Below are positions 12,357-25,044 of a DNA stretch of 64,000 nucleotides, piece by piece. The notes under the pieces are model-generated. The model saw nothing but the letters and a program-made list of their open reading frames with translations, had not been told where the DNA came from and searched no databases. The stretch lies in the NCBI RefSeq assembly GCF_018977255.1, contig NW_024704748.1, positions 13,950,001-14,014,000 on the forward strand. Direction: 5' to 3'. The position numbers and the translations under genes were made by a program. Source of the stretch: Callorhinchus milii (taxonomy: Eukaryota). Position 1 is the stretch's first letter. The number at the start of each line of letters is the position of its first letter.

Positions 12357-13911
12357 TGGGGTGTTCAGCAATAGAATTCAAGAGTTATTCAAACAATATA
12401 CATTATTTAAATTGGACATTAATTGGAGTGTTCAGCTATTTTAATTGTTTTGGATGGTGTGCCGGAAAATTCATACAGGATTTTTTTTCTGAAATATGAT
12501 ACTACATTGTGAGGTAGTTGCCTAATAGCCAAATTAGACATTTGGGAGCTAAAATATCAGTTTTTCTGCAGTCAGATAGTGTTTGAAAAAGTTAGCAAAG
12601 TTTCATACATGTTCTGGAATCAACAAGTTTATTTTGTGAAATTGTAAGTAAGAATAATACTTTTCTACAAAAAGAAGCGATTAAACATGTTTTTAATTTT
12701 TTTTATCTCCAGTTAAGCAGGGAGTTAACAAGCCATGTGATACAGTATTTTGGTTGTTTTGAAGACAGTCATCACATTTTAATTGTGAAACACGCCACAT
12801 AGTTTTCAATTGCATTGCAGTCGTTGGTTAAGTCGGTAATCTGCTGAACTTTAGAGAAAAGTAAATACGTTCCTTTTATTTACGAATGGGACTCCACACA
12901 GTGAAGAAATACCTCAATCTTTGCAGTTTCTGTAACACTGAATGCGTTGATAGGAATATTAAAATTCACAATTTAATTTTCAACAGCACAATTTTGAGTG
13001 AAACTTTTTCATGTTTAAATATGAAAACAGCTATAAATATTTCTAATAATAAAAGTAATATCAGATGCATTATTATAAAATATTGCCAACAATATTGGCT
13101 GCCACAAGTAGATGCCATAGTATTATTCAGTACTGGAATGCAAAACGCTACAGGTATGCTAATAGCATCACTGACTGAATGCTGAAACTGCAGTGAATCA
13201 AGTATTTTAACTGCATGCATCACAAATTGTTCCCCACAGAGGAATCAACAAACAGTCAAGCAAACATAGTGCAATCTTTCTGTGATTTTTTTTCCACCAC
13301 TAAAACTGATATTATGCTTAATAACCCTTCGTCTAATCCATCTATTACCAGATACAGCATTTTAAAGCTTTGACAATATTACCAAATGTGTCCAGCAGGC
13401 CCAGTAAAATTATTCAGTGATATAATATTAAAACTGTCCAGATATGGTAATATTTCTGACTGACTGCTGACACTGGGGAAAAACAAAGAAATGAAAAACA
13501 TATTATCTCAGATTTTAGCAACATCACAAATTGCTCCCCGTGGATGGTTTGCCATTCAATACAAAGTAAACAGAGTCAAAGCTTTCTGTAATAAGTCTAA
13601 CACTGAAATTGATATTATGCACAGATGACAAAAACATTGTTGGATAGTAAATTTGAAGTCTTGACATTATTTGCTCCATTAATGTTGCAGATGAAAAACC
13701 CATATTCATCATATTGTAATTAACCTGTTTATTGCTGAACCCACTAGGTGAACTCCAGTCTTGTTTGATAGCACTTGGTAAAACTTCCATTAGTTAGATC
13801 TTCACAAGCTCTTGGCACAAGCCTCCGCCTAATTCTGTGTCTATAAGGCACAACGCTGATAGAGATTGCTTGATAGCAGTTAAAGGGTCATTTACTACAA
13901 AGTGTGTGTCA

Positions 13912-14320
13912 GTCTGGCTGTTGGTAGTACTCGAGTCTGAGTTGTTTGGGATTGATGTTGCATGACAAGACTTTGAACTCATAGAGACTAGGCTGACATG
14001 CCAATGCAGTGCGAGGGGAGCACTGCATGGTTTGAGCTGACATACTCTGATTAAGACTTTAAGCTGAAGTTCCATCTATATGTTCAGGAGGATGTTGAAG
14101 ATTCCATGACACAACTTGAGAAGGGAATGTGCTCCCAATGTGCTGGCCAGTAATCCGCCAGACACAATTGGTCATTCACTTCATGGCTGTTTTTGTGGGG
14201 CATTGCTGTGGTCAAATTGGTCATCGACAAAATACATTCTTTTCCCAATGACTCCTGTGACAAGATCTGAGATGACTTCCCTAAACAAAAGGTGCTATAT
14301 CAAATCTGACAATTATTATA
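13912..14320 (+). mobile_element. Deu-domain SINE, diverged
   Basis: GGCTGACATGCCAATGCAGTG...GTTCAGGAGGATG...AATTGGTCATTCACTTCATGGCTG...GGTGCTATATCAAAT. Confidence 0.75.
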
Positions 14321-15279
14321 CTTGCTGAGAATATTTCAGCAGTATTTATCAAAATAGGGTAAGTCAGACAAATCCCTCTATTCCCTATTGCAGCTCCCAT
14401 TCACTTGGAAACCTTAATCATATTTTTTTTCTTCCCTTCTGATTGTTTTCATTAAAATGAAAGATGTATCAATTTTTTTGCATGAACAGGGATAGCCAAG
14501 GTCAGCTGTCAGCTCACTTAATTTTTATTGCAAGCTAAAGGTCAAGCTGTCTTTTACCTATTTAGCAGGAAAGTGAGCTAACATGTTGTCAGAATTAATC
14601 ATCAGGAACTCAGATACTATTTGTATATTTCTTAGGTTAAAGAGTATGAAGAAACATGAAAATTATTGTCCAGCATTAAGAGCTCATAAGTGCTGCGTGT
14701 ATCTACCAGTCTGGACAGTTGTACCCTTTATTTATAAATATCTTCTAAAGTCACTGCTGTACAAGGTTATAAGTGAAAAGCCTGTAAAAAGGGATATTTC
14801 CTCTGAATTGGGTGGATTCTGTTGAGATAGAAGAGAATTGAAGACAATAAACAAGTTGGCAGATGGTGCCATAAACTCAGAGCAGTTGGTGTATTCTGAT
14901 TTCCGAGATTGTGTTAAAATGTTATCCTTTTGGTTTATATTGGATTCAACTTTTATTTGTGAGGTTTGTAAACTTCCACTGAGCACCTATTCATTAACTT
15001 ATGGGGCATTACAGGGTCACTTCAGCTGAGTGCTCAAACACGTTTGCTGCTAGGAAAAATTATGGTAGATCACTATCCCTCTGGTGATAGCAATATTGCC
15101 TTATTTACCTTCTGGTATTAGTGGGGCTGTCATGTGGAACATTTTTAAGGCAAATGCATCAGTTCTGTATTTCCTTGTAAAGTGAATTTCATTGAATGGA
15201 TACTGTGAACATTGTGGTCTAAGAAACAAATCTAGCATAATTGTAACAATTTTAGAACTTTGAAATAAGAAATATAAGG

Positions 15280-15678
15280 ATCTTTGCATTTAGTATAGGT
15301 CATTTTGCTTTGGGAGGATGTCTCAAAGCACATCACAGGATTTACTGTAAAGTGTAGCGACTATTTTTAGGCAAATATCAGAAATGCCCCTCAGTCATTA
15401 AGTCAATGACATGATTTTATCTCAGGGATTGTTGGCCAGGACACCGTGAGAAACTCCATTTATTTTTGAGTAGTCACGAGCCATGGGAATTTTATCATTG
15501 ACTTGAATAGGCTTATGGTACCTCGGATGAACAATTACCTGAAGGACAGCACCTCCAACAATGCAGCATTCCCCCAGCACTGCATTATGGTGTCAGCTTG
15601 ACCAAAGTCCCAACATGAGGCTTGAACCCACAACCTTCTGACTCTGAGGCAAGAGTACTACTAACTGAGCCAGGCTGA
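15280..15678 (-). mobile_element. Deu-domain SINE, near full length
   Basis: GAAGGACAGCACCTCCAACAATGCAGCA...GGCTTGAACCCACAACCTTCTGACTCTGAGGCAAGAG...CTGAGCCAGGCTG. Confidence 0.82.
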
Positions 15679-15799
15679 AATGTTATGAATTGGAGACCAT
15701 CTCAAGTCTCCTTTACAAGTTATTGAAGGTAATCAATCTGTACAGTATTGATTATGTTTGCTGGCTTGCGATATGTAATATATTCTTATATATAGTTTC

Positions 15800-15893
15800 G
15801 GACACGACATGTCAAGTGACTGCCAGGATGGTGGAAGGCGACATCGATGGACCTTGATCTTCTTTCGCCTAGCAAATTCCTATGTTCCTATGT
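15800..15893 (+). mobile_element. CR1 3' UTR end
   Basis: GATGGACCTTGATCTTCTTT followed by the terminal repeat TTCCTATGTTCCTATGT typical of CR1 tails. Confidence 0.6.
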
Positions 15894-15929
15894 GAATGAA
15901 GACAGTCTCTCTAATGAATCTGTTTGCCT

Positions 15930-16072
15930 ACAAATTATACAGTCCCTACACTTTACAGTAATGCTGTGAACTGCTTTGAGACATCTGGACAACATGATAA
16001 GGCGTTATATCAAATGCAAGAATTATTATTATCCATTCAACATGAAGCACTATATCAAATACAAAAATATTA
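15930..16072 (+). mobile_element. SINE 3' tail with a duplicated terminal segment
   Basis: GCTTTGAGACATC...GGCGTTATATCAAATGCAAG followed by a second GCACTATATCAAATAC. Confidence 0.65.
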
Positions 16073-17807
16073 TCATGTTTATCACTGCTCTTTTGCCTTC
16101 CATTTCCATTACAATTCACAAGATAACTAAATTTCACCAATGTTTGTTATAAGATGATAATTTAGATAGATTCCACATGAATGTCTTTATTATTAGCCAC
16201 AAAAATATAACGAGGAATACAGTTAGAAGTTTACTTGCAAATTTAGAACTTTCAGCTACATGTATACTGAACAACTTACAAACAGCCATATCAGTTTGAA
16301 GCAAACATCATATAAAATCGACAAGATGAAAAATGTGCAAGGAGATGAATTTCTTATTAAGGAATACCCACTCCCGTATGCTCCAGTAGTAGAAGCAGTT
16401 GAATGTTATAAGTTCGTAGAAAATGAGGTGCTTTCGAAACATTAATTCACATCTTTGGCCGCAATGAAGTTCTATTACTTCCAACAGTAGAGCAATAAAA
16501 TAATACGATCCTTGCATTTGGTTTCATCTCTTTCACATGAGGAGCACATCTCAAAGTGCTTCACAGGAATTAATGTAAATCATTGTGACTACTATATTTT
16601 GTAGGTGAACACAGCAGCCAATAATTTGCACAGCATGTGGAACGTGAGGCATGATTCGTGCATTTTTAATTTGTTAAAAATACTTCCTGAGAGTACCTGC
16701 ACCATCCATTGGATTTCCGGGGAGCTTTCCTGAGACAATTTGGGATCAGAGCCCAATATGATTTGAACTCTGTGTTCATACCACAGTGGTGCAAATTGAG
16801 TGACCCTTGAAACTCCCTCTTCCAGGTTGCATCAATGGGAATTGAGCATGATTTATGTGAGCTCAATCCCGATTTTTATTCTGTACTCCTGCCAATTGTG
16901 CACTGTAAATGCAGCTGACATGTTTTAAAGTGATTACTGGTGATGGGGTTTTCTGTTACAGTATAATCCCTACACCTTTGCAAGTCTCTGTTGCAAACTT
17001 TATCATTTCAAATAAAGTTGAAGAATAGTGATCACTCTTTAGGTGAACTAAACATGAAAAAAAAATCATACCCAATTACTGTGTGGACCTGGCCTGGACA
17101 GAAACCTGATGGGTTCTGTATGCTTTGAGATGGGGGATTGCTGGTGAAGGACAAGTACAGCACTAAGGTTAGAAACTCTTCCAGAAGGGAATGCACTGAC
17201 TGATGTGCTATTAATAGCCACAAATGTGCCATTAGCAGCTCTCTGGACTAATTAATCATCTCTCAGTGACATATATTGACCATTAAACAGTTTTCATTAG
17301 CATCTCGTGGCTTGGCTGCATGGGTGAGCCCATCTATCTTCATTAGCTGAGAGCTCCAAGCTGTAGCATGGCCAGATGTGCTTGGCTGCCTCGCTGATGC
17401 ACCTTCACTGCCAAAAGTGTGTTTTTGATAATTGTATTAGTGAGGTGATGCCAGTGTGGAGAAGGTGACTTAAGCATGCAGAGCTCAGGAATGATGTTTT
17501 AGGTCACAATTGTGTCTACCTTTGTGTTTCAGATCCACTTATATGATTAGCATAAGCATACAAGGCTTTAAATGCACATTAACATTATTTAAGGTACCAC
17601 CTCTTTGGTTTGCACATAGAATGTTTGATCATTTTTATCACTATCTTTTTAAATCTTCACTTGTATTGCATAGCTCTTTGTAACAGCTTCAAAGTGCTTT
17701 TCCCTTAACCAAGCCTTAACCAAAATAGGTGTACTAATAGAGTACATTTTTAATACTGACACATTTAGGCTTACTAGCTTTATTTAGAAGAGGAAGTAAA
17801 TGATTAT

Positions 17808-18215
17808 CCTGACATTTGATAGAGCTCCTTATCAAATTAAAATGTCCTCAAGCATGTCACAGAATTTACTGTAACGTGTCGTGCTTGTGTATTTGTAGGA
17901 TAACATGGCAGACGATTTTCAAACAGCAATGCTCTACAAACAGACATGAAATGAATGATCAATTTTATTTGGGGATTGTTGGCCCAGACACTTGGAGAAA
18001 CATTCTACTCTTTTTCAATAGTGCCACGGGACCTTTAGAGTCCATCTGAACAGGCAGCAGGACTTTGGTTTAATGTCTCATCTAAAGGGTCGCACCTCCA
18101 AAGATGCAGCAAATCCACAGCACTATATTGGAGTAATCATTTATTATGGATTGTGAGTTCAAAGTCCCGAAGTGGACTTCAATATGAAAACTCTACCAAC
18201 CAACAACCTGACATC
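17808..18215 (-). mobile_element. Deu-domain SINE, diverged
   Basis: GGGGATTGTTGGCC...TAGTGCCACGGGACCTTT...GGTTTAATGTCTCATC...GCACCTCCA. Confidence 0.75.
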
Positions 18216-18950
18216 TAATGTTAAATAGCAATAGTCAGACCCCAAGACAGAAAACATTCTAAGTTCCTAATGACTTTACCTCAGCAAAATACTCCTCTGA
18301 ATTGTAAATCCTCTAATTTTCTTCCAAATTTCATCTTTCGATTGATATTTGAATATTCCCTTATCTCTTTAAATGGAGTGAGCCAATGGAAACCTAAAGG
18401 AATTTACCAGCTGAGTTAATCACCAGCCATGATTGAGTTGGCAATTTTAAATTAAATTTTACATTTAAAATGTAGTTCAGATTTAACTGGATTGGATAGG
18501 AATGCATTGGAGATTACACTTCCAGATGTTTGATGAGGGGAATAAGCAGTAATAAAAGGTAATGAGCTCCAAAAGGGAAAATGAAGATTAAAATGTAATT
18601 AATACATTTTTAAAATATTTAACCATTTTACTTTCCAGTGGATATTAATATCCTGTGGTGCTTTTGATGGAATTAGTGGGTGAAGATTTGCAAGGTATAC
18701 AGGCAAAACAGTACTAGAATGAAAAGGGTTAAAGATTACACTATAAATTATAATCTGTGTTATTTGAAGCATTGTATTACCAATATTAGGTTTAAAGGCT
18801 CTAGGATTTAGATCCTTTTGCACTTTATCTGAGGAACAAGAGTAAGAGCTTTATTAAATGTTTTATTGTTTGTCTGGATATTCTTTGATTGACTTATTAG
18901 TTAGTTGATTGTGAGATAAAGTTACATTCTTTTTTACACGCAAGCATGAC

Positions 18951-19066
18951 TAATAATAATAATAATCCTTGCATTTGATATAGCGCTTTTCACGTTTTCT
19001 AGACGTCTCAAAGCACGTCACAGAATAGACTGCAAAGTGAATTGACTGTATATTTGTGGGCGAAAT
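18951..19066 (-). mobile_element. 5'-truncated young tRNA-SINE (subfamily B tail)
   Basis: (AAT)nCCTTGCATTTGATATAGCGCTTTTCACGTTTTCTAGACGTCTC. Confidence 0.8.
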
Positions 19067-19944
19067 ATCTGTGTGATGGTGTTGAAGAGATGGGGGATAA
19101 TGAGCAGTATTTCTTTGCTCTTTTTTATATTTATACTCCTTTTATTCTATAACTATCAATCAACAACAACAAGTTGCAATTATATAGCACCCCTCACGCA
19201 GGGTAACGTCCCAGAGTTTCCCAGACTCCAAAACTAATCCTCATGACCAATGTAAAACACATGCCTTCTTCTGTAGCAGAGGAGGGTTTGCAAGATTCAC
19301 AAGAAAAGTGAACAAGTAGCAAAGAATGAGCCGTGCTTTTAATTGGTGACCATCATAGGAAGAACTTCACATACTCACAGGTCCTCTGGCAACATAAATC
19401 TGTTTTATTTGAGCAACTGTATTGTTCAAGCATATTTACAGCTTTATATTTACACCATATTTACAACTTAAACATGTTTTGAAACATGTACCATGATGTA
19501 TTATGCATATATTACCTTAATGAAATGCAATGGATAGGGTGAACATTATTGATTGCTCTCATGGTACAGTTGACTGAAGTAGAAGAATGTAATCCTCTGG
19601 TAGAAGCAAGCAATATTTGCTATTCTATTATTGGAGCTAAAGATGAAGGCCATAACTACACATAAGGACTATTTAACCTTCAGTATGTTTGACTGCAGCT
19701 CACTTGCCCTCTTCAGTGGCAGTGCTGCCTCCAGATGTTCAAAATACCGCCCGCTTTGAGCAGCAGTAATACTGGAAACGCCCAAGGAAAAGGTGAAAAT
19801 TGGTGCCATCAACGGTACAGTTATAGGGTAGTAGAGCTACTCCAACGAGCTTTCCCAAAAGATTGATAAAAGTCAAGGGGTCAAAAAGAAAATTGCAAAC
19901 ATAACCTAAACACAGGAAACCCATAACAATTTTAGAAAACAGCA

Positions 19945-20100
19945 AGACAGAACAAGAGGACATCGGTTTAGAGTTGCAAAGGGTAATTTCAGGACAGACA
20001 CCAGGAGGTGATTAATAAACTAGAACAAGGTGGTTGAGACCAAAACACAGGATTCATTTAAAAACAATGTGATGCTGTGATGGGAAGATGGAATCTTGAG
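19945..20100 (+). mobile_element. CR1 3' fragment
   Basis: AGAACAAGAGGACAT (RTRGH) ...AAAGGGTAATTTCAGGACAGAC...GGTGGTTGAG...GATTCATTTAAAAA. Confidence 0.6.
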
Positions 20101-20839
20101 AACAGCTGGAAATGTGCAAGTTTGTACAAACACTGTTTGAGGATTGTCTATTGTACTGCACTGTTAAATCTGCCCCATGATGAGCAACTGAATTGCACAG
20201 AACCGGCATTTAATTGAACAAGCTCTGCCACACCCTACAATATACATAATTTACATTAAGATCACTTTTGTAATTCACTAGCTGATCGTTTAAATATTTC
20301 AGTTAATATTTCCTTTCTTCCACTCAAACAAGGTAGAGTATTAAGGGACAACCAGGGAATATAAATCCATCTTTTTACAGCATCCAGATTATGTGATGTC
20401 TCAGTAGAAAACATTGCTGTGATTTTGAAAACCTTTTCCAGTGTTATTTGCTAATGCCTTCAGCAGGGCACTTGGGAGTCTGCAAAAGCTCTGTCTGGCT
20501 GTTTGATTGCTGTCTCTGAATGTTATCTCTGTCGCTTGCAGATAATCCATTTTTAAAAATAATTTTGCTAAACTTCCTTTTGAAATACATTTATTTTGTG
20601 TGCATTTTGTTCCCAGACTGTGAAATGTTATTGATTTCGCAAAGATGAGGAAACACCGACGTACACAGAAATCTGGGTTAATGCCGCATATAGTGCTTCT
20701 GTTCAGACTTGCAGGTCTGAGCCAGACAAAGGATTATGAGCTAGATTTGAATTTTGATATGGTTTCAGCTGGAGACTGAGAGAAAAGCTTTAACTCTTTG
20801 AGCTCAAAGAACATTTTCAACTTTTAGTTATTAATGACC

Positions 20840-21200
20840 GTAACCCTTGCATTTGTTAGAGCACTTATCACCTCGGGAGGGCGTCTCAAAGCACTTCACA
20901 GGATACACTTTAAATTGCAATGACCTCATAGTTTGTGGGTGAAGGCAGCAGCCAATTTGCACACAGTGAGGTGTCCCAAAAACAGCCATGAAGTACATGA
21001 CCAGTTTTATTTAGACGGAGAAACTCCCTTCTCTTCTTGAATAGTGCCAAGGGATCTTTAATTTCTTTTATGTCTATTTGAACAGGCAGGCAGAACCTCA
21101 GTTTAATGACTCATTCAAAGGATGGCACCTCCGACAATAGAGCACACTTCCAGCACTATAGTGAAGTGTTAGCCTGGATCATCAGCTCAGTCCTGATGTG
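20840..21200 (-). mobile_element. Deu-domain SINE
   Basis: AATAGTGCCAAGGGATCTTT...GAACAGGCAG...GATGGCACCTCCGACAAT, plus tail. Confidence 0.78.
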
Positions 21201-23169
21201 GAGTTTTAATTAGTTCTAAGGTAACCTTTCACTGTGGACCAAATTCTAGATGCACATTTCCTGTTAACAAATCTCTGACATTTTATTTGTTTAAGAATGG
21301 ATTAAGAATAGTATTAAGTAGGATTTTATTTATATTATCTGTGATGGTACAACCACTGATTCTAACAGAGATCCATAGGACTAAAGTGCCCCCAAAATTC
21401 AGATCTTTTGGTGGCACAGCACAGAAGAGTGTAACCTATGGCTGACGTTTTTTAAATGTTTTCTTTTAAAAAAATGTTTTTTTAAATAGAATTTACTTGG
21501 GACATAGCGAGGTGCAAATTGGCTACCTACAAAATAGTCACTAACTTTACCATAAATCCTGTGATGTATTTTCCTATGTTCTCCTGACATGAAAGTTGCT
21601 ATCTCAGATGCAAGGATTATTATTTATTATTATCTCAAAAGCAGGAGTCATTTGTGGGTGCACAGCATGAAAACAGTAGCAAAAGGCTACTAAGTCACTC
21701 AAAAATGCTGAAATTCTTCCATGCTAAAGGAGTTGTATGTGTTTTCACACCTTTCCTTCCCTACCCCCCCACCCCAGTCCAACCAGCTAGGGTGAAAATC
21801 AAATACTTTTTAGTACTTGTACTTATGTGCCACCGAATAGCATGTGAGTTACTGAGTGAAACAATTGTGCTTTTTCTTTTTGTTTAACTTCACTTGCAGT
21901 CAATATTGTTATTTCCTATTTTATTTTCCATTTTAAAACATCCTCTCCAGCCATTCTGTCAGCATCTCCTTTATGAATTATCACTGCAGTCCCCTGAAAC
22001 ATTGTTTAACAACTGATTGCTTTTAACATTCTTTCTGGTAATGCACCATTTTTGAGGCTGCAAATGTGCGGAGTGAAGTGGGCATTTATTGATTGCTTCA
22101 AATGGAGAAAGAGGAGGAATACAACTTACCGATATGCTGTTGGATAGTTGTCATGGCTCATGCTATTTGGCTTATCCGCACAAGCTGCAGTATAAATGAT
22201 TTCTAGCAAGATTAATTGAGAACATGATTAAAGTAACATTTCATATCCTTGCCGTAAATAAGATTACAAGAAATCATTGTATTAGATCATTTCAAAAATC
22301 TATTGATTTGGACTTATTGAATATAACACAGAAGGCCTTCATACTGCTATTAATTTTATGATCACGTTACATGTCCTTTTGAATAATAATGCCAATACAG
22401 GAGAGTTATTTGTGCTGACAGAAGCAAGACTGACTAAAGTATTACAGAGAGCTATTAACACTGATGGTGACATATGGATCGCCTGGATACAAACAATTGG
22501 TTTAAGAAGCTGCAGACGGATGTGGAGTATAAAATAGGAAAGCGCCTTGCTGCACCTAGCCTGCAGCATATTCAGCCTGAAATTATGGTGTGGCAAGTAT
22601 TTTACAACAAGCATTTACACCTGGCTTTTATCCATTGCCAAAGTATTACCATCTGTTCTCTTTGGCTCCTGAAGAAATCTGTAATCTAAGCATTCTTTGC
22701 ATATTTCGCTACTCTTTTGCAGCTTGTAATTAATCTGCCACAAAGTTGCTGCTTTGTTTTATTCCCCTTGCATTCCATCACAGAAAGGTCCCTGGATTGG
22801 TTTTAACTAAATAAATAACTAAAATAGTGGATACTGTATCTTGGAGTGATTTAAGGCAGCAAACTAATTAAGGGTTTCAGATGGTTTATTATAGAATGAT
22901 GGATATCTTGAACTGAGTACATTTCAGTGTTTTAATTGAGGGATTCCAGCAACATGATAAACAACAGGAACAAAACTTGGGTTGTACCAAGCCAATGAGG
23001 CCCCACAGAATTATATCTTGGACTATATTTGGTGTGAAAAAATTACACCAGGTTTGTATTCTATTTTGTTGAATAGTGTGCGATCCTAAATGATCCAAAT
23101 TGACCTCTGCACCTAGATTTTGACTTTGCTAAATGCTCCACGCCCACCTCCCCAAGCTATTGATTTGAA

Positions 23170-23640
23170 ATCTAAACCATCTTGTTGCTCAAAAACTTAC
23201 TCACTCCTGAACTGGTGGACAAAGAACTTCACTCCTAAATACCAGTGGCGGCGGAACCGGGAGTGGACCTTGTGTTCCCACCCCCAACAAAAAAAAGTTG
23301 AGGGGGCAGAAGTATGTTTATGTACCAGCTCCCCCGACCCCCAACATAAAAAAGCTTCCACCACAGTCATCGTCAAAGGTGTCACCACCCAGGTCCAAAG
23401 TTGAGGATGTTTCTCTCCCTCTTCCCTTCTTGTTCAGGTCATAGGTGATGGCAGCTGCTGTCAGCTTGTTCTTGATGAGGATGACGTGGAGCCTGGCAAT
23501 CAGTCCGGTGTCTTTGGCCGCCTGGTGCTGGGAATTGTTGAAGTAAGGCTTGTGCGGATTCCCCCTCCATCATAAAATGCTTCTGCTGCCTATGAATCTT
23601 AAAACATTGACGCTGCCTCGCCATTTATTCCCTCATCCTC
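23170..23640 (-). pseudogene. hsp70: Decayed intronless HSP70 (HSPA1/HSPA2-like) ATPase-domain fragment, interrupted by a MITE
   Basis: Minus strand about 23550-23372 translates YFNNSQHQAAKDTGLIARLHVILIKNKLTAAAITYDLNKKGRG...DLGGDTFD, matching HSP70 [40 protein letters not shown]...ERNVLIFDLGGGTFD. Removing the insertion rejoins GAC GAT G|GT ATT (DDGI of IDDGIFEVK). Upstream AAEAF resembles IAEAY and downstream SNKMV resembles DNRMV. Frameshifts and stops are present. Confidence 0.88.
23243..23370. mobile_element. About 125-bp non-autonomous DNA transposon (PIF/Harbinger-like MITE)
   Basis: Left end CAGTGGCGGCGGAAC; decayed inverted right end GCTTCCACCACAGT; possible 3-bp TSD CAG/CAT. It interrupts HSP70 homology cleanly. 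Confidence 0.6.
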
Positions 23641-24433
23641 CTAGCTTTTTACATTCTGCACATTATTTTTGCATGTCTCTTATTTTGCCTGCTGCATGGG
23701 ACTGGCTGAAGATTTGCTGTACCATCCCAGGTGAAGCAATGGTCACTGTTTTCTTTGACTTGACCACTGCAAACTGCATATAGACTAAACAACGTGGATT
23801 TGGAGCTTGAGATTCAACAGAGAATTGCACTGAATCGAAGCTTCCCATATGAAAAAGCTGCTATCTTTATCCACTGAGGAAAATGTACAGTGAAGAAAGA
23901 TTTATTACAGGCCCGAAAGCTTGGGTGAGCTGAACCCACTGGACCACTCATTCCCTGGGTTCTGTATCATTAATCTTTGAAAGTCCACCAGGTGCAGATC
24001 CTGCCAAGTTTGCTTTGCATGTGCATCAGTTTCCACTTAATTATTTTCTGCTGGGACTTCTGGAAGAAGCATATCCTAGAACTGCCTGGACAATAATGTA
24101 GGTTTGCAGTGGAGTGTGTGTGTGTGTATATGTGTGTGGAAATAAACGGCATAGGGATTATTCAGATTAGCAGTATGTGCCAGATTCTGATTCCAAGTGC
24201 AGATTCAGAAGCATAACTTTACTATGTTCTTTGACAATCAGTAGCAGCATTTTCACCGACATATCCTTGATTCAGATACAGGCTCAGATGTTTTACCTCC
24301 ATGTCAATAAAGAAGAGCACGGTATCAACAATGTACAATGGTTATTGATCAATTGGCCATATTTATGAGCGTCGGCAATGATTGTCGTCACATAATTTGA
24401 CAGCTGAGCCTAAATTTATATTTGCTGAAGTTC

Positions 24434-24454
24434 AGATGTCCAGCAGATGTCACT
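24434..24454 (+). promoter_or_regulatory. Candidate CTCF site
   Basis: TGTCCAGCAGATGTCACT resembles the CCASYAGRKGGCR core. Motif match only. Confidence 0.3.
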
Positions 24455-24777
24455 GTATAATGATTCGAAAATAGGAACTCTGGATAATTCCCTTCCTTGG
24501 GCCTGAGTTGCCAATTATAGCACGCTTAGTTTAGGACTGTTAATTCAAATCTGGGATAAACCAAATATCTTGTAGTTTAAACGCTTATCTAATCATAGTA
24601 ATAAGTTCCAACATTGTGCAGATGAGGAATTTTACTGTAACATGACTGTAGCAAATACTCTGACATTTGCACATATTGAAGAGAAATTCCATCTTGGTGT
24701 AAATTTACTTTATTTACAGTAAGTAGTATTTCAGGGCATTCAGAATTTGGCAAATGATTGAATTCAGTCTTAAAAGT

Positions 24778-25044
24778 GAGAGCCGACTATCCACAAGAAT
24801 CGGTAATGTTTCGTCATGGACAAGGAAACAATGTGAATAATTTACTCAAAATACCAATTGGCTCCTACAAAAATAATCTTCCATCAGAAATTATACTGTC
24901 ACTATAGTTACACAATGCCAACTTTTTCCTCTCTCCTGTTGGAAGATTATTTTTGTTGAGCCAATTTGTATTTTAAATGAATTATTCACATTGTTTCCTT
25001 ATCCACGATGAAGCATAACCAATTAGGGTGGGGAGTTGGTTCTC
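24778..25044. repeat. Long imperfect palindrome (about 110-bp arms, 48-bp spacer), probable ancient foldback DNA element
   Basis: AAGGAAACAATGTGAATAATTTACTCAAAATACCAATTGGCTCCTACAAAAATAATCTTCCATCAG versus the reverse complement of the right arm, AAGGAAACAATGTGAATAATTCATTTAAAATACAAATTGGCTCAACAAAAATAATCTTCCAACAG. Similarity extends outward by about 45 bp. Confidence 0.92.

Noticed and set aside
12966-13223. Tetraspanin-TM3-like hydrophobic stretch (LILLLLLEIFIAVFIFKHEKV)
   Set aside because: No AG acceptor or good donor at the expected positions and no other tetraspanin exons found. Explained by T-rich sequence.
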